This document shows positions 1 through 9,952 of a stretch of DNA of 64,000 bases, piece after piece. The number at the start of each line of letters is the position of its first letter. Position 1 is the first letter of the stretch. The notes below the pieces were generated by a model that saw only the letters and a program-made list of their open reading frames with translations, ran no database searches and was not told where the DNA came from. The DNA is from an uncultured Flavobacteriales bacterium (GTDB taxonomy: Bacteria > Bacteroidota > Bacteroidia > Flavobacteriales > UBA7312): contig CAJWHN010000001.1 of the NCBI GenBank assembly GCA_913041085.1, forward strand, positions 10,992 through 74,991, given 5' to 3'. A program made the translations under genes and the position numbers.

Positions 1-1229
1 CTTCTATGGAAAACCTAGAAACTTTAACTGGTAAATATGGGGAAGAAGGTGATCAGTTGATTTTTAAGATATTAAAATCTGGTGATTTCCTATCTAAAGC
101 TCTAATTGATAAGTCAACGACTTCTAAATCTTTAACTCCACAAATCTCAGACAAAGCACTCAGATATGATTTAACTGTGCCATTTGCTAGATATGTTGCT
201 CAAAATAGAAACGATATAGCCTTTCCTTTTAGAAGGTTTCAGATGCAAAATGTGTGGAGAGCCGACCGTCCTCAAAAGGGCAGGTTTAGAGAGTTTTATC
301 AATGCGATGCAGATATCATAGGCACTACTTCTCTTATAGCTGAAATCGAATTAGTTCAACTGTACGACGAAGTATTTGAATCCTTAGGACTAAAAAATAT
401 ATCCATTAAAATAAATAATAGAAAAATTCTTAGTGGCATAGCCCAAGTTGTTGGGGAGGAAGATAAAATTATTGATATAACAGTTGCATTAGATAAACTT
501 GATAAAATAGGAGAAGCTAAGGCTAAAGAAGAAATGTACGAAAAAGGGATTTCTAAAGACACTATAGCTAAAATGGATATTCTTTTCAATCTTAAAGGTA
601 CTAATTCATCTAAGTTAATTAGTCTTAAAGATTTTCTAAAAGACTCTGATATTGGGCTAGAAGGTATATATGAACTAAGTCAAGTCGTAAATCAGCTTGA
701 AGAGATACAACTTAAATGTGCAACTTTGGATATAGATGTAACATTAGCCAGAGGATTGAACTATTATACAGGAGCAATTTTTGAAGTTGAAGCTAAAGAT
801 GTTAGCATAGGAAGTATAGGTGGTGGTGGCAGATACGATGATTTGACTGGTATTTTTGGTTTTGAAAATATGTCTGGTGTTGGCATCTCTTTTGGCTTTG
901 ATAGAATCTGTATTGTTCTAGAGGCGTTAGATTTGTTCCCTAAGTTTACTGAAAAGGGCACTCAAGTTTTATTCGTAAATTTTGGTAAAGACGAAGCGAA
1001 TTACTGTTTAAATCTTTTAAAGAAGTTGAGGTCAGAAGGAATCAAATCAGAGATTTATCCAAGTGCAACAAAGATGAAAAAACAAATGCAATACGCAGAT
1101 AGAAAAAACGTTGAGTATGTGTTGCTTGTTGGTGAAAATGAAATGAGAACCAATACAATAACTGTCAAAAATATGATTGATGGTTCACAAAAAAATGTGA
1201 CCTTTGAACAATTATTACTAACAATTTAA
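1..1229 (+). CDS. hisS: Histidyl-tRNA synthetase, 5' partial (frame is open from the window edge; ATG at 6 is internal)
   Basis: Motifs LRYDLTVPFARY, WRADRPQKGRFREFYQCDADIIG, RGLNYYTG, GGGRYDDL; C-terminal anticodon-binding domain (MKKQMQYAD); the usual N-terminal GTRD motif is absent, so the start lies upstream of the window. Confidence 0.95.
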   Translation, partial: SMENLETLTGKYGEEGDQLIFKILKSGDFLSKALIDKSTTSKSLTPQISDKALRYDLTVPFARYVAQNRNDIAFPFRRFQMQNVWRADRPQKGRFREFYQCDADIIGTTSLIAEIELVQLYDEVFESLGLKNISIKINNRKILSGIAQVVGEEDKIIDITVALDKLDKIGEAKAKEEMYEKGISKDTIAKMDILFNLKGTNSSKLISLKDFLKDSDIGLEGIYELSQVVNQLEEIQLKCATLDIDVTLARGLNYYTGAIFEVEAKDVSIGSIGGGGRYDDLTGIFGFENMSGVGISFGFDRICIVLEALDLFPKFTEKGTQVLFVNFGKDEANYCLNLLKKLRSEGIKSEIYPSATKMKKQMQYADRKNVEYVLLVGENEMRTNTITVKNMIDGSQKNVTFEQLLLTI

Positions 1230-1242
1230 TAAACTTACTAAT

Positions 1243-1641
1243 ATGAAAAATTTTTTCGCTTTATCCATTGTGTTGATTCTTATGGCATCTTGTCAGCCTC
1301 AAAATGATGCCCCAACTATTAACTCATTTACTATTGTAAACACCAACATTCAAAAAGCAGATGGTGCTGTTTTAGAGTTTATCTATGAATTTTCTGATGA
1401 TAATGGTTTGAATCAATTTAGAGCTTCTGTTCTTGATAATTTTGTAGATGCAAGATTACAATCAGCTCCTTGGAATTACGAGAAGGACTATAATCTAAGC
1501 GGAACCTCTGTAATAGAGACTCTTCAAATAGCTTTACCATATCCAGATTTAGAACCTGGTAGATACGAGCTTACAATTACTGTCCAAGATATTGATGGTA
1601 AGGAAACCCCTCAGAAAAACACTTTTTACGTTATTGAGTAA
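1243..1641 (+). CDS. Small lipoprotein with a single Ig-like domain (DUF4625-like)
   Basis: Lipobox LMASC at residues 13-17; beta-rich domain ending PGRYELTITVQDIDG; family assignment by resemblance only. Confidence 0.6.
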   Translation: MKNFFALSIVLILMASCQPQNDAPTINSFTIVNTNIQKADGAVLEFIYEFSDDNGLNQFRASVLDNFVDARLQSAPWNYEKDYNLSGTSVIETLQIALPYPDLEPGRYELTITVQDIDGKETPQKNTFYVIE

Positions 1642-1665
1642 TTAGTTTCTGCTTAGCCTTTATAT

Positions 1666-2898
1666 ATGAAAGCAGATATTTTAACCATTGGTGATGAGAT
1701 ATTGATTGGTCAAACCATTGATACTAACTCGGCGTGGATGGGGGATTTTTTGGAAAGAAATGGAGTACATGTTGTAGAAATAAGTACCATTTCTGATAAA
1801 AAAGACCACATTATCTCTTCACTTTCTCAATCTCTCGAACGTTCAGACATAGTTTTGATTACAGGTGGTTTAGGTCCTACTAAAGACGATGTCACAAAGC
1901 AAACACTTTGTGAATATTTCGACGATGAATTGATTCTAAGTCAATCCGTTTTAGATGACATTAAAGAATATTTTGAGTTGAGAAAAAGAACTGTAAATAA
2001 GTTTACAGAATCACAAGCTTTTGTGCCATCTAAATGTAAGGTCATAAGAAACAGAAAAGGAACAGCACCAGGAATGTGGTTTGAACATAATGGTAAAATA
2101 GTTGTTTCAATGCCCGGTGTTCCTTATGAGATGAAGTCCATGATGAAATTAGTCCTTCATAAACTCAAGGAACAATTTAATCTTTTGGAAATTGTACATA
2201 AAACAGTTTATATTAGAGGAATTATTGAGTCTCATTTAGCAGAACTAATTGTTGACTGGGAGAATGATTTGCCTCAAGAAATAAAATTGGCTTATTTGCC
2301 TTCTGCCAGTTGTTTGATGTTACGATTTACGGCTAGAGGGTCAGACAGACAGTATTTAGAAAATCTGATAGATAAAAATATCAGTACTCTAAAATCTTTA
2401 ATAGGTACTTATTTTTCAAAATATCAAATGCGATTGAATGAAGAAGTCGTAGGGCAAATAATGAAAGATACCAATTCTACACTTTCAGCTGCTGAAAGTT
2501 GTACTGGTGGTAATATTGCTAAGATGATTACTTCTGTTTCAGGCAGTTCTTCCTATTTCAATGGCTCTGTGGTAGCTTATTCCAAAGCTATTAAAGAAGA
2601 TATTCTTGGTGTAAAAGCTGAAACAATTTCTAAATATGGAGTTGTTAGCGAAGAAGTTGTTCGTGAAATGGTACAATGTTCTCAGAGATTATTCAATAGT
2701 GATTTTGCGATATCTACCTCAGGATTAGCAGAATTGAACGATAGTGAGAGTGTAAAAGGAGGTACAATTTGTATAGCAGTTGCCACACCTTTAAATGTAT
2801 ATTCTCAGACTGTAGCATACAATACTGATAGAGATACAAATATCATTAGAGCGTCAAATGCAGCGCTCAATTTTTTGATTAGTGTAGCAGAAAAATAA
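1666..2898 (+). CDS. cinA: CinA family protein (COG1058 domain plus PncC/NMN deamidase domain)
   Basis: IGDEILIGQTIDTNS, GGLGPTKDDVT, PGVPYEM, C-terminal AESCTGG. Confidence 0.9.
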   Translation: MKADILTIGDEILIGQTIDTNSAWMGDFLERNGVHVVEISTISDKKDHIISSLSQSLERSDIVLITGGLGPTKDDVTKQTLCEYFDDELILSQSVLDDIKEYFELRKRTVNKFTESQAFVPSKCKVIRNRKGTAPGMWFEHNGKIVVSMPGVPYEMKSMMKLVLHKLKEQFNLLEIVHKTVYIRGIIESHLAELIVDWENDLPQEIKLAYLPSASCLMLRFTARGSDRQYLENLIDKNISTLKSLIGTYFSKYQMRLNEEVVGQIMKDTNSTLSAAESCTGGNIAKMITSVSGSSSYFNGSVVAYSKAIKEDILGVKAETISKYGVVSEEVVREMVQCSQRLFNSDFAISTSGLAELNDSESVKGGTICIAVATPLNVYSQTVAYNTDRDTNIIRASNAALNFLISVAEK

Positions 2899-2925
2899 AA
2901 GGGTAGTTTTTTTAATAAATAAGTT

Positions 2926-2933
2926 TATATTTG
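2926..2933 (+). promoter_or_regulatory. Bacteroidota -7 promoter box (TATATTTG) of rpmB
   Basis: Matches TAnnTTTG, 28 nt upstream of the rpmB ATG. Confidence 0.75.
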
Positions 2934-2961
2934 CAACCCAAAATAATTAAACAATATAGAG

Positions 2962-3201
2962 ATGGCAAGAATTTGCGACATAACGGGCAAAAAAGTAATG
3001 GTTGGAAACAATGTTTCTCACTCTAACAGAAAGACTAAGAGAAAGTTTTATCCAAACTTACAGACAAAAAAGTTTTTTATTCCAGAATCTGGTGAGTGGG
3101 TTACTTTAAAGGTTTCTGCTAGCGCCTTAAGAACTATCGATAAAAACGGTATTACTTCTGTATTGAAAAAAGCATTAGAAAACGATAACATATTGTTGTA
3201 A
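2962..3201 (+). CDS. rpmB: 50S ribosomal protein L28
   Basis: [34 protein letters not shown] is the L28 signature. Confidence 0.98.
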   Translation: MARICDITGKKVMVGNNVSHSNRKTKRKFYPNLQTKKFFIPESGEWVTLKVSASALRTIDKNGITSVLKKALENDNILL

Positions 3202-3279
3202 ATAACACTATCGTTCAGATTTAAAATAAAGTTGTTACTTTTGGTAACAACTTTTTTTTTAACCCAACATTCAACATTT

Positions 3280-3891
3280 ATGAAATTTAGCTTTAAAATT
3301 TTAGCAATTTGTATATTAACTTCTATAGTAATTGCTTCTTGTAAAAAAGAAGATGATAACATCAATAATGATGTTAATCCAAGTGGAGGAGGTGATAATG
3401 TTGAAACTGTTTTTGGCTGTATGGTAGATACGGCTTGTAACTATAACATTTTAGCCAATGTCGATAACGAATCGTGCGACTACTCTTGTTATGGATGTAC
3501 GGATGAGTTAGCTTTCAATTTTGACTCTGAGGCAACTATTGATGACGGAAGTTGTGTATATGCATCTCAATTAATGGTAAATAATTGGTCGGTTGAGTCT
3601 AATTGTGACGGTTTTATAATGTCTCCACTTATAGATGTTGGTGCTAGTGAAATTACTATTGAAGAAGGTGAAAATGGAGGCGATTTAGTAGTAGATTTTG
3701 GTATATTTACTTTAGAAGGTACTATTGATAATGATGGCAACATTTCTGTTAGTGGTGAAGACCCAACAGGATTGACTCAAATATCAGGAACAGGTTTTCT
3801 GCAATCAGAAACTACAGCCATAATTAATATTACGGCTTCTGTTACTCTTTTAACAGAAAATTGTACCTTAACGCTTACTCTTATCGAATAA
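3280..3891 (+). CDS. Surface lipoprotein with two GCxD...ACNY...DDGSC-type Cys repeats; start revised to ATG 3280
   Basis: MKFSFKILAICILTSIVIASC lipobox followed by KKEDD, which fits the flavobacterial K-(D/E)2 surface-export signal; repeats GCMVDTACNY...NESCDY and GCTDELAFNF...DDGSCVY. Confidence 0.75.
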   Translation: MKFSFKILAICILTSIVIASCKKEDDNINNDVNPSGGGDNVETVFGCMVDTACNYNILANVDNESCDYSCYGCTDELAFNFDSEATIDDGSCVYASQLMVNNWSVESNCDGFIMSPLIDVGASEITIEEGENGGDLVVDFGIFTLEGTIDNDGNISVSGEDPTGLTQISGTGFLQSETTAIINITASVTLLTENCTLTLTLIE

Positions 3892-3909
3892 ACTTGATAT
3901 TGAAAGACT

Positions 3910-5547
3910 ATGAAAAAACTCATTTTATTATCTATTTTATTTCAATCCTTATTTTCCTATTCACAAGAATTTGGTAGAAAAGATAGTCTCAGAGGTTATC
4001 TATCTCCAGAAAGGGCATGTTATGATGTTAGTTATTATCATCTAAAAATCTCTGTTGATCCTAAAGAAAAATTCATTAAAGGTTATTCTGAAATACATTT
4101 TGAGGCTCAGTCTGATTTTGAACTTCTTCAAATTGATTTATTTGATAACATGAAAATTTCTGAAATTCAGTTTGAAGGCAGAGCTCAAGAATATAATAGA
4201 GAATTTAACGCTGTTTTCGTGAATTTTGATAGGCTTGTAAAAAGCGGCGAAAAGACCTTCATAAGGGTGTATTATGCTGGTAATCCTAGAGTAGCCATCA
4301 ATCCACCTTGGGACGGTGGTTTTTCATGGGAAAAAGACGCTAATGGAAATGATTGGGTGGGCGTATCTTGTCAAGGTTTGGGAGCTAGCTCTTGGTGGCC
4401 CAATAAAGACCATCAATCGGATGAGCCAGATAGTATGCTTATTAGCTGTCAAGTTCCACCAGGTTTGCAATGCATTTCAAACGGCAATATGCGTTTTCAT
4501 GATTTACGCAAGTCTACAAAGTTATACAACACATACCATTGGTTTGTATCCTATCCAATCAACAATTATGATGTAACTCTAAATATTGGTGATTATGCTC
4601 ATTTTGGGGACAAGTTTATAAGTGGTAATGACACACTAGATTTAGATTACTACGTACTGCCTTATAACCTTGAGAAAGCCCAAGAACAATTTGAGGTTGT
4701 TAAGCCTATGCTTGATTGTTTTGAAAAATATTTGGGGCCATACCCTTTTTGGAATGATGGTTTTGCTTTAGTAGAAACACCGTATTTAGGCATGGAACAT
4801 CAGAGTGCTATTGCTTATGGTAATAAGTTTAGACTAGGTTATTTGGGTAATACACGTTTTACGGCTGGTTTGGGTTTTGACTTTATCATTGTTCACGAAA
4901 GTGCTCACGAGTGGTGGGGCAATAGTATTACGGCAAATGATATTTCTGATATGTGGATACAGGAGACGTTTTGTACTTATTCTGAAGTTTTATTTGTGGA
5001 ATGTACCTATGGTTACGATGCTATGATAGAATATGTGAAAAATCAGATGTCAATGGCTCAAAATAGACGTGCAATAGTAGGAACCCCTAATGTGCATTAT
5101 AAGGGTAGTGCTGATATGTATGCTAAGGGTAGTGCTTTTATACACACTTTGAGAAGTGTTGTTGATAACGATAGCTTGTGGTTTGATTTATTTAAATCGA
5201 TGACTAATCATTTTAAACACCAAACTGTAGATGGTAGAGAAGTTCTAGATTATATTAACAAAAAAAGTGATCGTAATTTTGATAAATTATATGAGCAGTA
5301 TTTATACACACCAAAATTACCTCAATTTGAATATGAATTATGTGGTTGGGGTAAGCGAAAAACCTTAAAATACAGGTGGAACGCTATTGATGGCTTTGAT
5401 ATGCCTTTAAAAGTGACTTTAGAAAACGGTGTGTTTGATTGGATTTATCCTGAAAGTGATTGGAAAGAGTTGGATTTATCCATTTGGAAGAAGGATTTTC
5501 AGATAGCTAATCATTTATTTATGATAGATGTTAAAAAGCTTCAATAG
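3910..5547 (+). CDS. Secreted M1 family metallo-aminopeptidase
   Basis: Signal peptide ending SYS|Q; GMEH exopeptidase motif; HESAHEWWGN zinc motif with downstream QETF. Confidence 0.9.
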   Translation: MKKLILLSILFQSLFSYSQEFGRKDSLRGYLSPERACYDVSYYHLKISVDPKEKFIKGYSEIHFEAQSDFELLQIDLFDNMKISEIQFEGRAQEYNREFNAVFVNFDRLVKSGEKTFIRVYYAGNPRVAINPPWDGGFSWEKDANGNDWVGVSCQGLGASSWWPNKDHQSDEPDSMLISCQVPPGLQCISNGNMRFHDLRKSTKLYNTYHWFVSYPINNYDVTLNIGDYAHFGDKFISGNDTLDLDYYVLPYNLEKAQEQFEVVKPMLDCFEKYLGPYPFWNDGFALVETPYLGMEHQSAIAYGNKFRLGYLGNTRFTAGLGFDFIIVHESAHEWWGNSITANDISDMWIQETFCTYSEVLFVECTYGYDAMIEYVKNQMSMAQNRRAIVGTPNVHYKGSADMYAKGSAFIHTLRSVVDNDSLWFDLFKSMTNHFKHQTVDGREVLDYINKKSDRNFDKLYEQYLYTPKLPQFEYELCGWGKRKTLKYRWNAIDGFDMPLKVTLENGVFDWIYPESDWKELDLSIWKKDFQIANHLFMIDVKKLQ

Positions 5548-5572
5548 TATTTGTAGATAACAATAGTTTAAT

Positions 5573-5580
5573 TAAATTTG
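5573..5580 (+). promoter_or_regulatory. Bacteroidota -7 promoter box (TAAATTTG) of rpmG
   Basis: Matches TAnnTTTG, 22 nt upstream of the rpmG ATG. Confidence 0.75.
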
Positions 5581-5602
5581 CAACCCAATAATTTTTAAGC
5601 AA

Positions 5603-5785
5603 ATGGCTAAGAAAGGAAATAGAGTTCAAGTGATATTAGAATGTACAGAGCATAAAGCATCTGGTCAGCCAGGTACCTCTCGTTACGTTACTACTAAGAA
5701 CAAAAAGAATACACCAGATAGAATGGAATTGAAAAAATTCAATCCTATTTTAAAGAAAATGACGGTGCATAAAGAAATTAAGTAA
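5603..5785 (+). CDS. rpmG: 50S ribosomal protein L33
   Basis: [17 protein letters not shown]...[19 protein letters not shown] is the Bacteroidota L33 signature. Confidence 0.98.
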   Translation: MAKKGNRVQVILECTEHKASGQPGTSRYVTTKNKKNTPDRMELKKFNPILKKMTVHKEIK

Positions 5786-5806
5786 GCAATTAAAAGCTGA
5801 TATATT

Positions 5807-5962
5807 ATGGCAAAGAAGGCAGTAGCATCTTTACAGAAAAGAGGAGCAAAAGATTTTACAAAAGTAATTAAGATGACTAAGTCTGAGAAGACGGGTTCTT
5901 ATGGTTTCAAATCAGAAATCGTTCCTAAGGATAAAGTGAACGAATATTTGGCTAAAAAGTAA
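5807..5962 (+). CDS. DUF4295 family small protein (51 aa; missing from the ORF track)
   Basis: Hand translation: MAKKAVASLQKRGAKDFTKVIKMTKSEKTGSYGFKSEIVPKDKVNEYLAKK; occupies the usual Bacteroidota position between rpmG and ftsY. Confidence 0.85.
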   Translation: MAKKAVASLQKRGAKDFTKVIKMTKSEKTGSYGFKSEIVPKDKVNEYLAKK

Positions 5963-6038
5963 GCCTTAACTTTATAATTTAACAGATTTGAGCTTCTTGA
6001 AAAAGGAGCTTTTTCTGTTTAGAAACACATCATTAACT

Positions 6039-6989
6039 ATGGGAATATTTGGTTTTTTTTCAAAAGATAAAAAAGACAAGCTAGACAAAGGTTTAGAAAA
6101 GACTAAAGAAAATGTTTTCGGAAAACTTTCTCGTGCGGTTGCGGGAAAGTCTAAAGTTGATGAAGATGCTCTAGATGATATTGAAGAAGCCTTAATTACC
6201 TCCGATATTGGTGTTGAAACGACTCTAAAAATTATTGAAAGACTAGAAGAAAGGGTAGCTAAGGACAAATACCTTGATGCTAAAGAGTTGAATGCATTCC
6301 TTAAAGAGGAAATGAGTCTTTTACTTGAAGAAAGTAATAATTCGGATGAGGTAGAATTTACAGTTCCTCAAACTGACGGGCCATATGTCATTATGGTGGT
6401 AGGAGTGAACGGAGTGGGTAAAACTACTACCATTGGAAAATTAGCTCATCAATTCAAACAAGCTGGTAAAAAGGTAGTACTTGGAGCGGCAGATACTTTT
6501 AGAGCAGCAGCTGTTGACCAATTGGTTATTTGGTCTGAAAGAGTAGGAGTAGATATCGTAAAACAAGAGATGGGCTCTGACCCTGCATCAGTAGCTTTTG
6601 ATACTGTTCAGTCGGCTAAAAATAAAGGAGCTGATGTAGTCATTATAGATACGGCAGGTCGTTTACACAACAAAGTCAATCTTATGAATGAGCTGACCAA
6701 GATTAGAAACGTTATGTCTAAAGTCATTCCTGATGCTCCTCACGATGTTATGTTAGTTTTAGATGCTTCTACTGGGCAAAATGCTATAGAACAAGCCAAG
6801 CAGTTTACTCTAGCAACAAAAGTAGATTCTTTGACTCTTAGTAAATTAGATGGCACAGCCAAAGGTGGCGTAGTCATTGGTATATCTGACCAATTCAAAA
6901 TTCCTATTCGCTACATCGGTGTTGGTGAGGGAATTGAAGATTTACAAGTATTCAATAAGAAAGAGTTTGTAGATTCTTTATTCAATTAA
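6039..6989 (+). CDS. ftsY: Signal recognition particle receptor FtsY; start revised to ATG 6039
   Basis: [12 protein letters not shown] start; [32 protein letters not shown]. Confidence 0.97.
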   Translation: MGIFGFFSKDKKDKLDKGLEKTKENVFGKLSRAVAGKSKVDEDALDDIEEALITSDIGVETTLKIIERLEERVAKDKYLDAKELNAFLKEEMSLLLEESNNSDEVEFTVPQTDGPYVIMVVGVNGVGKTTTIGKLAHQFKQAGKKVVLGAADTFRAAAVDQLVIWSERVGVDIVKQEMGSDPASVAFDTVQSAKNKGADVVIIDTAGRLHNKVNLMNELTKIRNVMSKVIPDAPHDVMLVLDASTGQNAIEQAKQFTLATKVDSLTLSKLDGTAKGGVVIGISDQFKIPIRYIGVGEGIEDLQVFNKKEFVDSLFN

Positions 6990-6990
6990 T

Positions 6991-8304
6991 ATGAGGACAA
7001 AGTCGTTAAAGAATAATAAAATCAATGTTATAACTCTAGGGTGTTCTAAAAACATATACGATTCAGAAGTATTGATGGGGCAATTGAAAGCCAATGAGAT
7101 CGATGTTGAGCACGAATCGGACAAAGATGATGCTAATGTTGTGGTTATCAATACCTGTGGCTTTATTGACAACGCCAAAGAAGAGTCTATTAACACTATT
7201 ATTGAACAGGCAGAACGCAAGTCTGATGGTAAAATAGATAAGTTATTTGTTACTGGTTGTTTGTCCGAACGCTACAAGCCCGATTTAGAAAAGGAAATTC
7301 CTAATGTAGACGAATATTTTGGGACGACTGATTTACCTAAATTATTACAGGCATTAGGAGCAGATTATAAGCATGAGCTTATAGGTGAGCGTTTAACAAC
7401 AACGCCTAAGCACTATGCTTTTTTAAAGATAGCAGAAGGTTGTGACCGTCCTTGTTCTTTTTGTGCCATTCCTTTGATGAGAGGTAAGCACAAGTCTAAG
7501 GCTATAGAGGATTTAGTTACAGAGGCTACAAAATTAGCTAAGGACGGCGTTAAAGAGCTTATTCTCATTGCTCAAGATTTGACTTATTACGGATTGGATT
7601 TGTACAAATCAAGACGTTTAGCTGATTTATTGAGGGCATTATCAGAAGTGGAAGGAATAGAGTGGATACGTTTGCACTACGCTTTCCCAACAGGTTTCCC
7701 AGAAGATGTCTTAGAAGTCATTAGAACCAACCATAAGGTGTGCAATTATATTGACATTCCTTTGCAACATATTAGTGACTCTGTATTGAAATCTATGCGT
7801 AGAGGCACTACTCATGAAAAAACCGATGCTTTGTTGCGCAAGTTCAGAAAAGAAGTTCCAGCAATAGCTATACGTACATCTTTAATTGTAGGTTATCCGG
7901 GTGAAACTGAAGAAGATTTTCAAGAGCTCAAACAATGGGTTAGCGATACGGCTTTTGACCGTTTGGGTGTATTTACATACTCACACGAAGAAAACACACA
8001 TGCTCATTTGTTAGAAGATGATGTGCCAGAAGAAGTAAAACACCAAAGGGCCGAAGAGATAATGGAATTACAAAGCGATATCTCTTACCGTTTGAATCAA
8101 GAAAAAGTGGGGAAGACGTTCAAGGTCTTATTTGACAGAAAAGAAGGGGATTATTTCATCGGCAGAACAGAATTTGATTCTCCAGATGTAGATAATGAAG
8201 TTTTGGTAAAAGCCTCAGATGTTTACGTAAGAATGGGTGACTTTGCCCAAGTCAAAATCAACCACGCTGACCATTACGATTTGTATGGGGTTATTACTGA
8301 ATAG
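6991..8304 (+). CDS. rimO: Ribosomal protein S12 methylthiotransferase RimO
   Basis: LGCSKN, NTCGFI, GCLSERY, radical SAM motif CDRPCSFC, C-terminal TRAM domain. Confidence 0.95.
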   Translation: MRTKSLKNNKINVITLGCSKNIYDSEVLMGQLKANEIDVEHESDKDDANVVVINTCGFIDNAKEESINTIIEQAERKSDGKIDKLFVTGCLSERYKPDLEKEIPNVDEYFGTTDLPKLLQALGADYKHELIGERLTTTPKHYAFLKIAEGCDRPCSFCAIPLMRGKHKSKAIEDLVTEATKLAKDGVKELILIAQDLTYYGLDLYKSRRLADLLRALSEVEGIEWIRLHYAFPTGFPEDVLEVIRTNHKVCNYIDIPLQHISDSVLKSMRRGTTHEKTDALLRKFRKEVPAIAIRTSLIVGYPGETEEDFQELKQWVSDTAFDRLGVFTYSHEENTHAHLLEDDVPEEVKHQRAEEIMELQSDISYRLNQEKVGKTFKVLFDRKEGDYFIGRTEFDSPDVDNEVLVKASDVYVRMGDFAQVKINHADHYDLYGVITE

Positions 8305-8404
8305 TTACTTTAACTTTATGCTGGACTTAGGTGTAGGGCTTGTTTCGTTTATTACTCGAATTTCTTCTACTGCTATTTTTACTAAATAAAAATTAGTTTT
8401 TACT

Positions 8405-8412
8405 TACTTTTG
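8405..8412 (+). promoter_or_regulatory. -7 promoter box (TACTTTTG) 6 nt before the bshC GTG
   Basis: Matches TAnnTTTG. Confidence 0.65.
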
Positions 8413-8418
8413 TGCTAA

Positions 8419-9942
8419 GTGAGTTCTATTAAAATACCATATCGTAAAATTAACTTTTTAAGTCCTTTGGTACAAGACTATTTATCTGAAAGTGCCGAAT
8501 TATCTTCTTTTTATGGCCGTTACAATACTATTGATAGCTTTCATAATCAGATGGAAGAAAAAAGCCAATTCCCTATTGATAGAATGACTTTAGTTGATGT
8601 TTTGAAAAAACAAAACCAAGCTATTGATTTATCGGATTTGACACAATCTAACATAGAGTCACTAGAATCTACAGACACTTTTACAATAACTACAGGCCAT
8701 CAGTTGTGTATTTTTACAGGACCTTTGTATTTTCTATATAAAATCGTTTCTACTATTAATTTAAGTCTTGCTTTAAAGGAAAAATACCCTTCAAAACATT
8801 TTGTGCCTGTATTTTGGTTAGCTAGTGAAGATCACGATTTTGATGAGATTAATCATATCAATTTATTTAGCCAGACTATTCGATGGGATAGCAGTCAAGG
8901 AGGGGCAGTAGGTAGAAATAACTTATCTAACTTCTCAAGTGTTCTAGAAGATTTAAACTTACTTATGGGTAAGGGTCAAAATGCTGAGCGATTAAAAGCT
9001 ATTTTTTATAAAGCCTATTCTTCAGCTAATCTAGCCCTAGCCACACGTGTTTTGATAAATGAATTGTTTAAAGACGATGGACTGGTTATCATTGATGGTG
9101 ATGATGTTCACTTAAAAAAGTCCTTTGTGGATATTATGAAGAAAGACATACAAGACCATTCATTTTATCCTCTTATTGCTTCACAATCGGAAAAGCTCAG
9201 TGAAAATTACAAAGCACAGGCTTATGTTAGAGAGTGTAATTTTTTCCAATTAGAGCAGGGTAGTAGAAATAGGGTTTTAGACAGATTAGGTGCTAAAGAA
9301 ATTGATTCCAACCCTGAGAAATTTAGTCCAAACGTATTATTACGTCCCTTGTATCAAGAGATGATACTGCCTAACCTAGCCTATATTGGAGGTGGTGCCG
9401 AATTGTCCTATTGGATGCAGTTGAAAACAGCTTTTAAGTCTGAACACATACCATTTCCTATTTTGGTTTTGAGAAATTCAGTCATCTTAACTACCCCATC
9501 TCTGATAGATAAAATAAATCACTTAGGTTTTTCATTTGAAGATTTCTTTGGTTCAGAATCTGATTTACACAAGAAATATGTTCAAAATCAAGCTAATATA
9601 TCACTAGAAAGTCAAGTGGAGTCTTTGGGCGAAATATTTCATTCCATAAAGGATAAATTTAACGATAAGGCATATGAGCCTATGATAGATGCCGAACATC
9701 AAAGACAAAAGAAATCTCTAGAAAATTTAAGTAAAAAACTACACAAAGTAGAAAAGCAAAAGCATGAAGTAGCTTTATCTCAGATTTCTAAAATAAAAAC
9801 AAGCTTTTTTCCAAACCGTATTTTACAAGAGCGTTACAATAACTTTATTCCATATTACCTAAAGTATGGTGATAACTTTATAAAAAAGTTGAAAGAAGAG
9901 CTTAATCCACTAGATACTAATTTTGTAGTTTTACCGCTTTAA
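8419..9942 (+). CDS. bshC: Bacillithiol biosynthesis protein BshC
   Basis: TGHQLCIFTGPLYFLYK, FWLASEDHDFDEIN, SPNVLLRPLYQE, GGGAELSYW, LQERY. Confidence 0.92.
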   Translation: MSSIKIPYRKINFLSPLVQDYLSESAELSSFYGRYNTIDSFHNQMEEKSQFPIDRMTLVDVLKKQNQAIDLSDLTQSNIESLESTDTFTITTGHQLCIFTGPLYFLYKIVSTINLSLALKEKYPSKHFVPVFWLASEDHDFDEINHINLFSQTIRWDSSQGGAVGRNNLSNFSSVLEDLNLLMGKGQNAERLKAIFYKAYSSANLALATRVLINELFKDDGLVIIDGDDVHLKKSFVDIMKKDIQDHSFYPLIASQSEKLSENYKAQAYVRECNFFQLEQGSRNRVLDRLGAKEIDSNPEKFSPNVLLRPLYQEMILPNLAYIGGGAELSYWMQLKTAFKSEHIPFPILVLRNSVILTTPSLIDKINHLGFSFEDFFGSESDLHKKYVQNQANISLESQVESLGEIFHSIKDKFNDKAYEPMIDAEHQRQKKSLENLSKKLHKVEKQKHEVALSQISKIKTSFFPNRILQERYNNFIPYYLKYGDNFIKKLKEELNPLDTNFVVLPL

Positions 9943-9952
9943 TAATTTATAA

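Noticed and set aside
2701-2790. CinA C-terminal GLAELNDSESVKGG in place of the usual GIAGP...KPVG
   Set aside because: The AESCTGG motif and the downstream Lys are retained; one divergent loop is too weak to claim loss of function
8419-9942. bshC as an unexpected Firmicutes-type gene
   Set aside because: Bacillithiol-pathway genes are common in Bacteroidota
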